This document shows positions 50,049 to 59,068 of a stretch of DNA of 64,000 bases, piece by piece (positions within the stretch are counted from its first letter, which is position 1; each line of letters begins with the position of its first letter). Where the stretch lies: positions 96,001-160,000 of the IMG/VR virus record IMGVR_UViG_3300001580_000006. One strand, 5' to 3'. The position numbers and the translations under genes were made by a program. The DNA comes from a virus (lineage: Duplodnaviria; Caudoviricetes). A model generated the notes under the pieces. The model was given only the letters and a program-made list of their open reading frames with translations. It did not search any database and was not told where the DNA came from.

Positions 50049-50570
50049 CTAATCAGATAGTTGCATATTCAATCTTCTTGCCATACTTTTGCTAAAGGTT
50101 CCAACGGCTGGACGTCGGCCATTCTTTGCTATGCTTTTGGCGTAGGCTATCCCTTCTGGAAAATCATTGTTGACAAATAGCACTACGTCCCCTTCTTTAA
50201 GCGTATAGTTAGGTCTACGCTTTATACCATTAATCATGGTCGCGTTGGTACTGTACCGCGTCTTACCAAAGTAGTACTTGTATAGCTCACCAGCAGTGGT
50301 GCTATTCTTAATAGCCACCTGCTCTACTGGCCCTGGTATTCTACCAGCAGTAATGATTATGTTGCTAGCCAGCGTAAACTTTATGTCGAAAGACTCGGAA
50401 GGGGGGAATTGCGAAGAAGGGAGGGAAGACGTACGGCTTGGTTTCTTCGTAGTATTTTCACACTCTTCATTTTTAATCTCATTGGCCAGCTCGTTGTCTT
50501 CTACGCTACATTTATCACAAAGAGACTTCCCCTCATCGGCAAAACGTTTGCATAATTTACATTGTGGCAT
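50049..50570 (-). CDS. zinc finger plus internal ubiquitin-like domain protein
   Basis: CKLC..CDKC; IITAGRIPGPVEQVAI...ING......LKEGDVVLF resembles the 39368 Ubl. Confidence 0.55.
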   Translation of the reverse strand: MPQCKLCKRFADEGKSLCDKCSVEDNELANEIKNEECENTTKKPSRTSSLPSSQFPPSESFDIKFTLASNIIITAGRIPGPVEQVAIKNSTTAGELYKYYFGKTRYSTNATMINGIKRRPNYTLKEGDVVLFVNNDFPEGIAYAKSIAKNGRRPAVGTFSKSMARRLNMQLSD

Positions 50571-51396
50571 AATACCTAATCTTTATAATTACAATCCAAA
50601 CATACTTGATTTTGACTGACGTCTGGGTCAATCGCTAAGAAGTTTTTGCTACCACAGCTAGGACAGCTTAATCCAAGCCACTGCAGGAACTTAGTCCATG
50701 GACTGAAGTTCTTTCTTTCTGTCTTTTCTTTCTCGCTCACGCTTTTTCCTTGGGCGCAGTGCAGCTTCTAGCTCTCCTTTCCACACCACGTCCCATTCAT
50801 GGTTCTTTATTCTTATGACCCTATACTTTTGCTCTGATTTAATACAGGCGGCAATAACTTTTCTTCCTACTGTGTCAAAGCCTTTTTCGGTAAAGAAGAA
50901 CCGACAGTTGCGATTCACCGCTCTTGTCGGCCCCATTATATCATCTATCCAGGCACTAACAACCTCGTCGGTTGTAATGCCGCATAGACCATGTTTATAT
51001 GCTGAGAACTTTAATTTAGACTTATGGCCAACTGTCATATGGATGCCAAGTTCTTTGGCTAGTCTAAGTGCATTGTCAATGCTATATTCGTTGATAACTT
51101 CGATACGATAGTACATTAATTATACAGTTCTTCTGCAGCTTCTGCTGCTCTATCCATTATTGGCTCATACTGGTCATTATCATACTGAAATGGGTCTGGG
51201 CTAGACGTGCGTACTTTGCAAGCTGGGTGTATACCAGCTTCGTCAAATAGATAGTTTATTATGCTGCCTGCACTTACTCCAACTACCATAGCTTCTAAAG
51301 TGGAAGCTGATAGATTTGGTAGGTGTAGATCTCTTATGCTTATTTCGTCGCGTTCAGCCCAAGATTTACTTGTACTCATCTTAACTGCTCTCCTAC

Positions 51397-51472
51397 TGGT
51401 TGCGGGGGCAGGAATCGAACCTGCGACCGTATGGGTTATGAGCCCAACAAGCTACCTCTGCTACACCCCGCG
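51397..51472 (-). tRNA. tRNA-fMet (CAT)
   Basis: C1:A72 mismatch, GGG-CTCATAA-CCC anticodon arm, TTCGA T-loop, encoded CCA. Confidence 0.9.
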
Positions 51473-51547
51473 ATGAAATCGTTTTGGTTTTTGCTAACTA
51501 ATATGTTATAATATAAGTAGTTATAGTAACTTTAAAGGAGTATACTT

Positions 51548-52111
51548 ATGAAAAGTCTTAATGGGCCAAAGGCCGGTGGCGCTATCCGCGCTGTTCAGCA
51601 GCGTAGAGACTCGATACAGAAGTACTACGAAAACCCTAAATTATGTCTTAATTGTGGTAAAGTTATAGAAGTTGGTGACCGCAAGGTTAGTGATGTTCGT
51701 ACGTGTTCATACTGTAGTCATTCTTGCGCCGCTAAAGCCAGCAATCATGCTAGAGGTTGTTCTCCCAAGGTGACTTGCACTAAATGTGGTTGTAGTCTTA
51801 GAGTTAAGTCCTCCAAAGCAAGAGGAACATGTGGCAACTGCTACAAGACTTTACTATTTGGTAGACGACGTAAGGACCAAGTACTACGTACTACTATAGG
51901 TGCACATGCTAGAACCTTATATATGAACAGTGATTTACCAAAAACCTGTTTTTCTTGTGGCTATGGCAAACATATTGAAGTTTGTCATATACGTAGTGTA
52001 TCCTCTTTTCCGCCATCGGCTTTAATAGAGGAGATTAACGCGCTAGATAATCTCAAAGCTCTATGTCCAAATCATCATTGGGAGTATGACCAGGATATAG
52101 AGCACGACTAA
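51548..52111 (+). CDS. HNH endonuclease (free-standing, antisense to its neighbours)
   Basis: YCSHSCAA; C..CGY.KH.EVCHI......N...NL..LCPNHHWE; own TTGGTT-17-TATAAT promoter (51484..51512) and AAGGAG RBS. Confidence 0.85.
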   Translation: MKSLNGPKAGGAIRAVQQRRDSIQKYYENPKLCLNCGKVIEVGDRKVSDVRTCSYCSHSCAAKASNHARGCSPKVTCTKCGCSLRVKSSKARGTCGNCYKTLLFGRRRKDQVLRTTIGAHARTLYMNSDLPKTCFSCGYGKHIEVCHIRSVSSFPPSALIEEINALDNLKALCPNHHWEYDQDIEHD

Positions 52112-52399
52112 CCCCTATTACTCCACCCCGCTATATAATGTTGACGTGATATACTTCCTGTATATCGTATTTTACTATTGCTGGTACTTTATCTCTACAG
52201 CCACTTTGTGTCATATCGTTGTCTGGAACTAGATCCCAAAACGTGTCGTACAGCTCTAGCCACTTATCTGTAGATAGCTTTTTATTATATGTAGCTTTGT
52301 GTGTGGCTACGGCTTCTTCAAACACTCTTTTATTTCTACAAGCAGCGTAGTGAATCTCGTCGCTATCAATCCACACTACAAGCCAGGCTTTTGGTTTGC

Positions 52400-53236
52400 T
52401 CATAGTTTGCTAACAGCTTCTGCTATCTTTGGCAGCCACTTTTCGTATTTGGCTTTCCGCGTAGCATCATTGTCTGAACAATGGTCATAGTTATACTGCA
52501 TATCAGCTAGCTTTACTTCTAAGACTAGCTTAATCCCAGATGCGATAAGCCTCTCCATATACATGTCGTAGGTCTCTGTTTTAGATCGAGAAAGCTCTTG
52601 TACACAAGTAGCAAGACGTTTTGGTATACCCTTAGTTATTAGGTCTTCAATAGTAATACCGCTATCCTCTATGACATCGTGTAGTATGGCAACTATCTGA
52701 TGATTCATGTCGACGAATTTATTAGCTATTGACATAGGGTGTATGATATATGGATCGCCGGCATAGTTTTGCCCAGCGTGTGCCTTTAAGGCTATAGCTA
52801 CAGCTTTATCATACATTTGGGTATGATAGCGCGCATCGTTTTTCCAGATGTGCAACATCTTGTTGATCTTTTCGAGCTGCACCTGTGCTGTTGCGGCGTC
52901 TACTGGATCTGAGGGGCGAAGGCCCTCCAAATCTTCCTTAAGAAAACGTAGTGCTTTAATAGCTTCTGGATCTGGGTTGTACGGTGGTTGATCAACAATT
53001 ACGTAGCGTGCGGCAAGCTCCTTTGCCAGGTGTCTCATATAAGCAGCTTCAGCACCAGAAGCATGACACTCTTTGATAATGCTATCAACTACGGTATTGT
53101 ATTTATCATTTGACACGCTATCTATAAGACAATCGTCACCCATGAACCGTACGTCGGCTTTGCAGTTAATACAACGATAATTCTCGTCCTTGTCGTACTT
53201 AAGTGTGAACTGCCCACACGCTTTACAGTAGTACAT
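52400..53236 (-). CDS. HD-domain hydrolase (RelA/SpoT-hydrolase-like) with N-terminal zinc finger
   Basis: AHAGQ...G.PY..HP, AILHDVIED, VKLAD...N. Confidence 0.8.
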   Translation of the reverse strand: MYYCKACGQFTLKYDKDENYRCINCKADVRFMGDDCLIDSVSNDKYNTVVDSIIKECHASGAEAAYMRHLAKELAARYVIVDQPPYNPDPEAIKALRFLKEDLEGLRPSDPVDAATAQVQLEKINKMLHIWKNDARYHTQMYDKAVAIALKAHAGQNYAGDPYIIHPMSIANKFVDMNHQIVAILHDVIEDSGITIEDLITKGIPKRLATCVQELSRSKTETYDMYMERLIASGIKLVLEVKLADMQYNYDHCSDNDATRKAKYEKWLPKIAEAVSKL

Positions 53237-53382
53237 CTTTCTCCTATCTAGTTTGTAATAGCTGACATATGTTTCATTGTCAATTTAAGTGCGAAGGTCT
53301 TCCCACGAGTTTACGTGCGTCTACGCCTCACTTTCCTTACACACTATTACGGCCGACGTAACCTGAGTCTTTAACTAGAACT

Positions 53383-53475
53383 TGGTGGACTGCACAGGGT
53401 TCTAACCTGTGTCTCTAGGACTAATATCCAACGTCTTGGAACGCCTTCAAGAGTTTTCCATTAAACTAGCAGCCC
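53383..53475 (-). ncRNA. tRNA-like RNA (93 nt) with expanded anticodon arm
   Basis: GGGCTGC/GCAGTCC acceptor plus ACCA, D arm GTTT-AATGGA-AAAC, T arm ACAGG-TTAGAAC-CCTGT; extra hairpin in the anticodon arm. Confidence 0.7.
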
Positions 53476-53480
53476 ATATT

Positions 53481-53556
53481 TGGTCGGAGACCCCGGGCTC
53501 GAACCGGGGGCTTCATGCTCCCAAAGCATGCACGCTACCAACTGCGTTAGTCTCCG
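53481..53556 (-). tRNA. tRNA-Pro (TGG)
   Basis: Canonical 76-nt cloverleaf, CATGC-TTTGGGA-GCATG, encoded CCA. Confidence 0.93.
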
Positions 53557-53806
53557 ATTTGTTGTGGTAGTGCTTCTATGTAACCCCAGTGGTCTACTAT
53601 TTTGCTCACTTCAAGCCAGCGGTTTTTGTATGGTCCCACACTGTGTGGGAAGTGCACCAGAACCTTTGAGCCGCTAGGAGAAACCTCACGGATAACAATT
53701 TCTAAGAAGTCACTACTGCAGTAGATATCTTGTACAAGAATACGTTTACCTACCAGTAGCTTTATTATTTCCAGTGAAAGTTTTTGTTCCATTGTTCTCC
53801 GTATAA

Positions 53807-54091
53807 CCGCTCTCGCCGACAGCCTGAGGTAGATGGATGTCCAAAGGCAACCTACCTTTTTGCCAGGATTTTATGGCTATCTTGATTCTTACTGTCGTAA
53901 GTCATTAAAGGCCTTTTCTATTTTTCATCGCAAGGCAACTCGATTCAAACTTGGTAACTTAATGCTTGAGTCTTCAAATTAATTGCATTAGGGATACAGT
54001 CAAATGACCGTATAAATATGCATTAGTTATTTCAAATCGTTTCTAACCCTCACGAGGGCCTCTGTGTTCCCTTTTTACGTCGGTAAAGCGG
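53807..54091 (-). ncRNA. putative ~285-nt structured RNA downstream of a coiled-coil gene
   Basis: Non-coding gap whose ends pair (CCGCUUUACCGAC / GUCGGCGAGAGCGG) and which has internal hairpins. Confidence 0.55.
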
Positions 54092-54097
54092 AACTTG

Positions 54098-54619
54098 TTA
54101 TTTCGGGGCTTCTATTAGATCCATAGTGGCATTAATAACTTCCAGGCGAGACTCGATGTTGTCATATAGGTCTTGCCAGAACCCCATGCGCTCATTCTTC
54201 TCCTGCTCGTTGTAGAACTTAACTACGCCCGGGCTGGCCTGGCTTGCCACCTTTAGGGACTGCGTCTTAGCCCTTTCCTCAGTCAAGGATTTCCATAGGG
54301 ATATTGCTAAGTGCGCGCCTTTGCGGCGGATGTTGAGCAGTGTGTTGAGAGAGTACTTCTTTCCGCCCATCTCAACAGTCAGCATGACATTGGTGTAATC
54401 AATGTCACGCTTCAGCTTCAGATACCGCTGAACCAGGTCTTCGCCGGACTGCATCATCGACTTAAGCTCCTTAGTCTGTTCGCTCTCGTCTTTGAACGCC
54501 GGCTTCATGTAGGCTGGGATGGCAGCATACTCGGTGACCTGTGCGCCCAAGCTAGCCAAGCGCTTCTCGATGATCTTCAGCTCTTTAAGGCCTTCGATTA
54601 TTTTCATTGTGTCCTCCAC
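54098..54619 (-). CDS. helical coiled-coil protein (DIP1984-like)
   Basis: MKIIEGL.ELK...K.L, LK..I..TN, I...L...NA; GGAGG RBS. Confidence 0.55.
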   Translation of the reverse strand: MEDTMKIIEGLKELKIIEKRLASLGAQVTEYAAIPAYMKPAFKDESEQTKELKSMMQSGEDLVQRYLKLKRDIDYTNVMLTVEMGGKKYSLNTLLNIRRKGAHLAISLWKSLTEERAKTQSLKVASQASPGVVKFYNEQEKNERMGFWQDLYDNIESRLEVINATMDLIEAPK

Positions 54620-55101
54620 ATTTATTTATAGTTATGGATTAAACTCCATCATGCTGAGTGTGGTGCTTGGCAATCTTCGTTACTGGACGAAGCTTGGCTA
54701 ACTCCTCTTCCTTCTTAGCCATCTTCTCTCTTTCCTCGGCCGCGTACAAGCGGCTAAGATGCTTGACGTATATCTTGCGGTGCCGGTGCACGTCTTCTAG
54801 CATTCCTTCTGCCTTCTTCTCCAAGATAAGATTCTTTAGCCGGTCATTGCACCTAGAGACGGCTTCGCCATATCTTTCGGTGGCACTGTACTTCATGTAC
54901 GGATTGTTCCTAGCCCGCTCTATTGCAACAGTGCGTCCTCTCTTACGAGAGTAGTTATCTAAGGCATTGTGTAGCACAATACCAATAGATATTTCGTCAT
55001 TATCGTACCTTGCGGCCACAGTAATGCCGCCGCTATTTTTGCAGCAGCCGCCTCCGCATGGGGGTTGATGTCGTATGAACAATAGTTCCATGGCTGACTC
55101 C

Positions 55102-56262
55102 TTATAGTCCATGTTTTAATTGATATTCAGGGCTTATAACTTTTAGTTGTACTCTGCCAAGTTTTGGATGCTTGCGTTCTACTGTAGGTTTCCACACTAG
55201 TCCCTCTCTTAGTTCACTAGCTAGTAATGCACTTGGTCCATTAGAGAACTCAACCATCTTGTCTTTGGCTGGCAGCTCTCCTTTATAAACTACTGGTACA
55301 AACGGTAGTCCTAACTCTTCTGCTATCTTCGTAGCCATATCGTGATTGACGTACACACCTGCAATCATTATGTCGAAGACCCTAAAGTCGTTTTGTACTA
55401 ATTTATAAACGTTGCGAACAGCAGCTCCTACCGATGGTCCTATAACCTCTGCCTGCACTGCGATATCTCCACTATCGAAGCCGAACGAGTTGCTTTCAAA
55501 GAACTTACGCAGTCGTTTCTCTACGTCCCAGCGTTTAGAAACCTCTACCCAGTGATTCTTGCCATCGAAGTTTTTGCCTACGCCAAGCTTACGCAGCAAC
55601 CAGAGGACAGCTCTATTCCATAGTTTGCCTTCTCCAGAACGGTACTTTAGTACAGACCTAGAGCATACACCATAGACCCCATCTTTCAAATAGAACGTGG
55701 AGGAGCAGCCCTCAAGCTTTTCTGTGGCAACATATTCGCCAGGGAATTGGTCGAATACATCTGGATAATTCTGCCACCTTTCAGAATCAGTCTGAGGGAT
55801 GTGCTCTGGAAAGTGATATTTCTTCCTCGCCCAGCTAACACGCTTTAGTAAGAATCTTTGTAGCTTGCCATATGATTCTCTCTTATCTAGCTCCTCAAGA
55901 GGTTCGTACTTCGCTATATCATAGAACTTACTAGCGTCATCACCTTCCTTCATACCAGCTGGGCAAGGCTGCAACAAACCCTGGGATAGAACTCCACCCA
56001 TCTTCATAGTACGTAGACGATACTCGGCTTTGTCCTTAGCACGAGCTTTTAAAAAGCCGAACTCTGGTCTATCCATTTTTAGTATGGAATCAGGAGGCAT
56101 AAAGGTAACAAGGTCGCCTACTTTATAGTTACCTTTTTGATCTATTACTTGGTAGCCAAGTACATAATATAGCTCTATGCGGTCTTTGCCTTCAATTGGC
56201 TCAACCTTTAGGATTTTGGTAATAGGGCAAGTAAACGTGCTCATTGGTGGTTCTTTTTCCAC
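55102..56262 (-). CDS. RNA ligase (Rnl2/DRB0094-like)
   Basis: I..V.PI...DRIE, SQGL, IP.TD.ER.QN, TEKLEG.S, CSR, Q.E..G, FD, VP, REG.V, LK.IS..Y. Confidence 0.88.
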   Translation of the reverse strand: MEKEPPMSTFTCPITKILKVEPIEGKDRIELYYVLGYQVIDQKGNYKVGDLVTFMPPDSILKMDRPEFGFLKARAKDKAEYRLRTMKMGGVLSQGLLQPCPAGMKEGDDASKFYDIAKYEPLEELDKRESYGKLQRFLLKRVSWARKKYHFPEHIPQTDSERWQNYPDVFDQFPGEYVATEKLEGCSSTFYLKDGVYGVCSRSVLKYRSGEGKLWNRAVLWLLRKLGVGKNFDGKNHWVEVSKRWDVEKRLRKFFESNSFGFDSGDIAVQAEVIGPSVGAAVRNVYKLVQNDFRVFDIMIAGVYVNHDMATKIAEELGLPFVPVVYKGELPAKDKMVEFSNGPSALLASELREGLVWKPTVERKHPKLGRVQLKVISPEYQLKHGL

Positions 56263-56686
56263 TCCTTTAGTGTATATGATGGGTCATAGCTACAACTTTG
56301 GCAGATGTGGCCTGGGAATGCAAATGTTTTGCAGTTTGGGCATCTCCATGCACCAACATAGTCTACAAATGACATAGCGTTAGAGAGCTCCTGCTCTATT
56401 AGCTTAAATTCGTCTGTGGTACTGTGTGCTTCTGACAAAGACGTTAGCCAACTACATTTCTGACATAAAGGGTGTTTTCCGCCAGGGCACTCCGCCCTTT
56501 CATCAAATGCTAAAGGTTTTGTGTAATAGTTTGCACACGGTGGCCTTACTTCATTAGCAAGGTGTTTGTCAAGAAGCTCAGTATGCAAGTTACTTAAGTT
56601 GTCGAGGGCCTTGGTTGGAATCTTGTTGCCATGCCTATATGGTGCTGTAACTTTATTTACAGCAAGCAACAACTTTTCGTAATCTG

Positions 56687-57289
56687 TCATTGATATAATC
56701 CACCATCAGTTATGTACTTAGCTACCGCTTCTGGAACAAGGTGTGCTATGTGACCCTGACTTTCTACTATTGCTCTGATAGATGTTGAGCTTATGTTAAG
56801 GTTGTCTACATTTATTAGCTTAAGCTTACTTCGCCATTTATCTGGTATGTCATAACCAAGCCTTGACATTACGCAAACAGTAGATAACTCAAATAGTCGA
56901 TCTGGGTCTTTCCAAGTAGATAGCTCCGCTGCTTGATCAGTTCCCATCAGTAGGAATAGTTCGCAATGCTTTCCGACCCCCTCTCTCATATGAGCTAAGG
57001 TGTCTACTGTATATGAAATATCGCTGTTGTTTACTTCGTAGTCAGAATAAAGAAATGTTGGACGGAAAGGCTTGGGCTCAGAGTATGGCTCTATTGCAAG
57101 CTTTACCATCTCTAAGCGCGTCTTAGCACTAGTAGCGTATCTACGCTTATGAGGAGATTTATTTCCTGTCGGAATAAAAATTACTCCGTCGAGCCCTAAC
57201 TGTAGCCCGGCGGAGTAGGCAGAACTTAGGTGACCGTTGTGTATTGGGTCAAAGGTGCCACCGAACACCCCTATTTTTGCTTTGTGCAT
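56687..57289 (-). CDS. nadD: nicotinate/nicotinamide mononucleotide adenylyltransferase
   Basis: GVFGGTFDPIHNGH, PHK, SYTVDTL, MGTD, W, ISST.IR. Confidence 0.93.
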   Translation of the reverse strand: MHKAKIGVFGGTFDPIHNGHLSSAYSAGLQLGLDGVIFIPTGNKSPHKRRYATSAKTRLEMVKLAIEPYSEPKPFRPTFLYSDYEVNNSDISYTVDTLAHMREGVGKHCELFLLMGTDQAAELSTWKDPDRLFELSTVCVMSRLGYDIPDKWRSKLKLINVDNLNISSTSIRAIVESQGHIAHLVPEAVAKYITDGGLYQ

Positions 57290-57508
57290 CCGTAGGCCAT
57301 CTTCCTTGGTAGTTCTTTCATTTGGTACTCGTCTAGCGACAGCGATACTCCACAGTTTTTACAGAAGAACTTAGTATACTTAATGGTTTCTCCATTCGGC
57401 CTTCGTACACCAGTATCTATAATCTCTGGGTGTTGTAAATCAAAGTCACGCTTTGTGTTGCTGATTTTAATGTTTCTGAGAAGTTTTTGCAGTTTGTTCA
57501 TAATGATG

Positions 57509-57639
57509 TGGTAGGGGAGCCAGGGGTCGAACCTGGAACCTCACGCTCCTAATGCGAAGTAACCCTAATCTACACTAGGCATAAGCCAGAATTAGCGACT
57601 AAGGCAACGGATGCGCTCTGCCAATTGAGCTACTCCCCT
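57509..57639 (-). ncRNA. tRNA/Y-RNA chimera 1: 76-nt tRNA body plus 55-nt Y-type insert (57556..57610)
   Basis: AGGGGAG/CTCCCCT-ACCA, intact D and T arms; insert contains AGUGUAGAUUAGGGUUACUUC paired with CCUUAGUCGCUAAUU. Confidence 0.8.
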
Positions 57640-57866
57640 ACATTTAAGTTTTCCTTATGTGCTTTATTGATGTACCACAATGTGGACAGTGCTGTATTCT
57701 ATAAAACTTACCAACTGTTGGTGTTATAAAAAAGTTTAGGTCATGGTCTGTCCACGGTGTGGTAATTACTCTCTGTAGCAGTATGTCCTCTGCCATATCC
57801 TTACAGCAGAACTCTATTGCAGAGACGTTCCATTTTTCTTTATAGTGTACTGTCATAACTTCCTTT

Positions 57867-58000
57867 TGGTGGGGGAGGACCGATTTGAACGGCCAACCTA
57901 CGGATTAATAGTCGAAGGATTCCTAGTCTTCACCAGGCTTACGCCGGGACCGGCGACTAGGCCTTTGTTTCGTTGCTCTAGCCAGTTGAGCTACTCCCCC
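57867..58000 (-). ncRNA. tRNA/Y-RNA chimera 2: 77-nt tRNA-Asn-like body plus 57-nt Y-type insert (57914..57970)
   Basis: GGGGGAG/CTCCCCC-ACCA, intact D and T arms; insert contains GGUGAAGACUAGGAAUCCUUC paired with CCUAGUCGC. Confidence 0.8.
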
Positions 58001-58005
58001 AAAGT

Positions 58006-58206
58006 TTACTTGCTACTAGACGTTGAGTTCTTAAAAAGGACTGAGCATAGAAGATAAAGCCCCAACGCCTGCCAAAACGTGATGGTTGGTATGCCAAACA
58101 GCATTGGCATTAACCAATTCCACAGCCACATAATTGGAAAACCCAGTATCAGCCCAGTTATGCCTATGATAGCCAGACCTAGTAGAAAACCTAAAAGTAT
58201 TACCAT
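58006..58206 (-). CDS. small membrane protein
   Basis: Hydrophobic; WLWNWLMP..FG.P.ITFWQALGL; GGAG RBS. Confidence 0.7.
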   Translation of the reverse strand: MVILLGFLLGLAIIGITGLILGFPIMWLWNWLMPMLFGIPTITFWQALGLYLLCSVLFKNSTSSSK

Positions 58207-58226
58207 TGTTTCTCCTAAAGTTTGTA

Positions 58227-58255
58227 ATTATATCACAAAATTGTTTAAAAGTCAA
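58227..58255 (-). promoter_or_regulatory. promoter upstream of the tRNA/Y chimeras, nadD and RNA ligase
   Basis: TTGACT-17 nt-TATAAT with TG extension. Confidence 0.8.
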
Positions 58256-58537
58256 GTACTTTCTTGTGTGTGCCCGAGTTTCATTTCCTGCCTTTTGTTT
58301 TGATCAAACATATCTTCCTGATGAATGACCCACAGCCCAACATCACCTAGCTTCATGTCAAATACAAGGGCTATAGCTTCTTCGTTGACGATAATAAGGT
58401 CTCCATTAAATGATTTCACCAGTGCATTAATTGAGTATAGCACAGGTCTTACGCCGATTCTAATAGCCAAGCCATCGGCTGTCTTGACAAAGAATGCTTT
58501 GTCACCAATTCTGAATAAAGCCTTATGAGGCAAGCTG

Positions 58538-59068
58538 TTAACGGCGCATACGCGACAATCCTGGCACAGATTCTGGTATGGTACGTACATTATGAATAAG
58601 ATCCAAAAGGTTTACGGGGTAGTAGTCTGTAACTTCTACAGATACATTTACATTTATGCCGGTGTCAAAGGTTCTGAGGCTTTTAGAGTGAATGTGCCCA
58701 TGAATGTTTATCTGCCCATCTGGAACTTGAGTAGGCCAGTGCGTTAGCAGAACGCCAGGCTGGAACTCATGGCTTTTCTTTACGGTGATAAAGCCAGCAC
58801 GAGACCACCAGCCTTTAGATCGTTCGTCGTGGTTGCCGGCGATAAGAATCTTGTGCCCATTCAGCTGATTCAGCACCGGCTTTAGCCTATCGAACCTAGC
58901 TAATCCCACATCACCAAGGTGATATACAGTATCATCTGGACCAACAACACAATTCCATCGCTCTATTAGAACTTTATGCATCTCGTCAATAGAAGAGAAC
59001 GGCCTATTTTCGTACTTGATAATGTTCTCGTGGAAAAAATGATGGTCAGATGTTACCCACGTTATCAC
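58538..59068 (-). CDS. Metallophosphoesterase
   Basis: SDHHF.H.NI, HLGD, GNHD, H.P, HGHIH. Confidence 0.88.
   Translation of the reverse strand: MITWVTSDHHFFHENIIKYENRPFSSIDEMHKVLIERWNCVVGPDDTVYHLGDVGLARFDRLKPVLNQLNGHKILIAGNHDERSKGWWSRAGFITVKKSHEFQPGVLLTHWPTQVPDGQINIHGHIHSKSLRTFDTGINVNVSVEVTDYYPVNLLDLIHNVRTIPESVPGLSRMRR

Noticed and set aside
57509-58000. Calling the two chimeras ordinary intron-containing tRNAs
   Set aside because: The inserts are too short for group I introns, are not at position 37/38, show no clear bulge-helix-bulge, and match the Ro60-adjacent motif instead.
57845-58057. Plus-strand 70-aa ORF (and the similar 53480..53677 and 51261..51476)
   Set aside because: Antisense translations of tRNA or tRNA-like genes.
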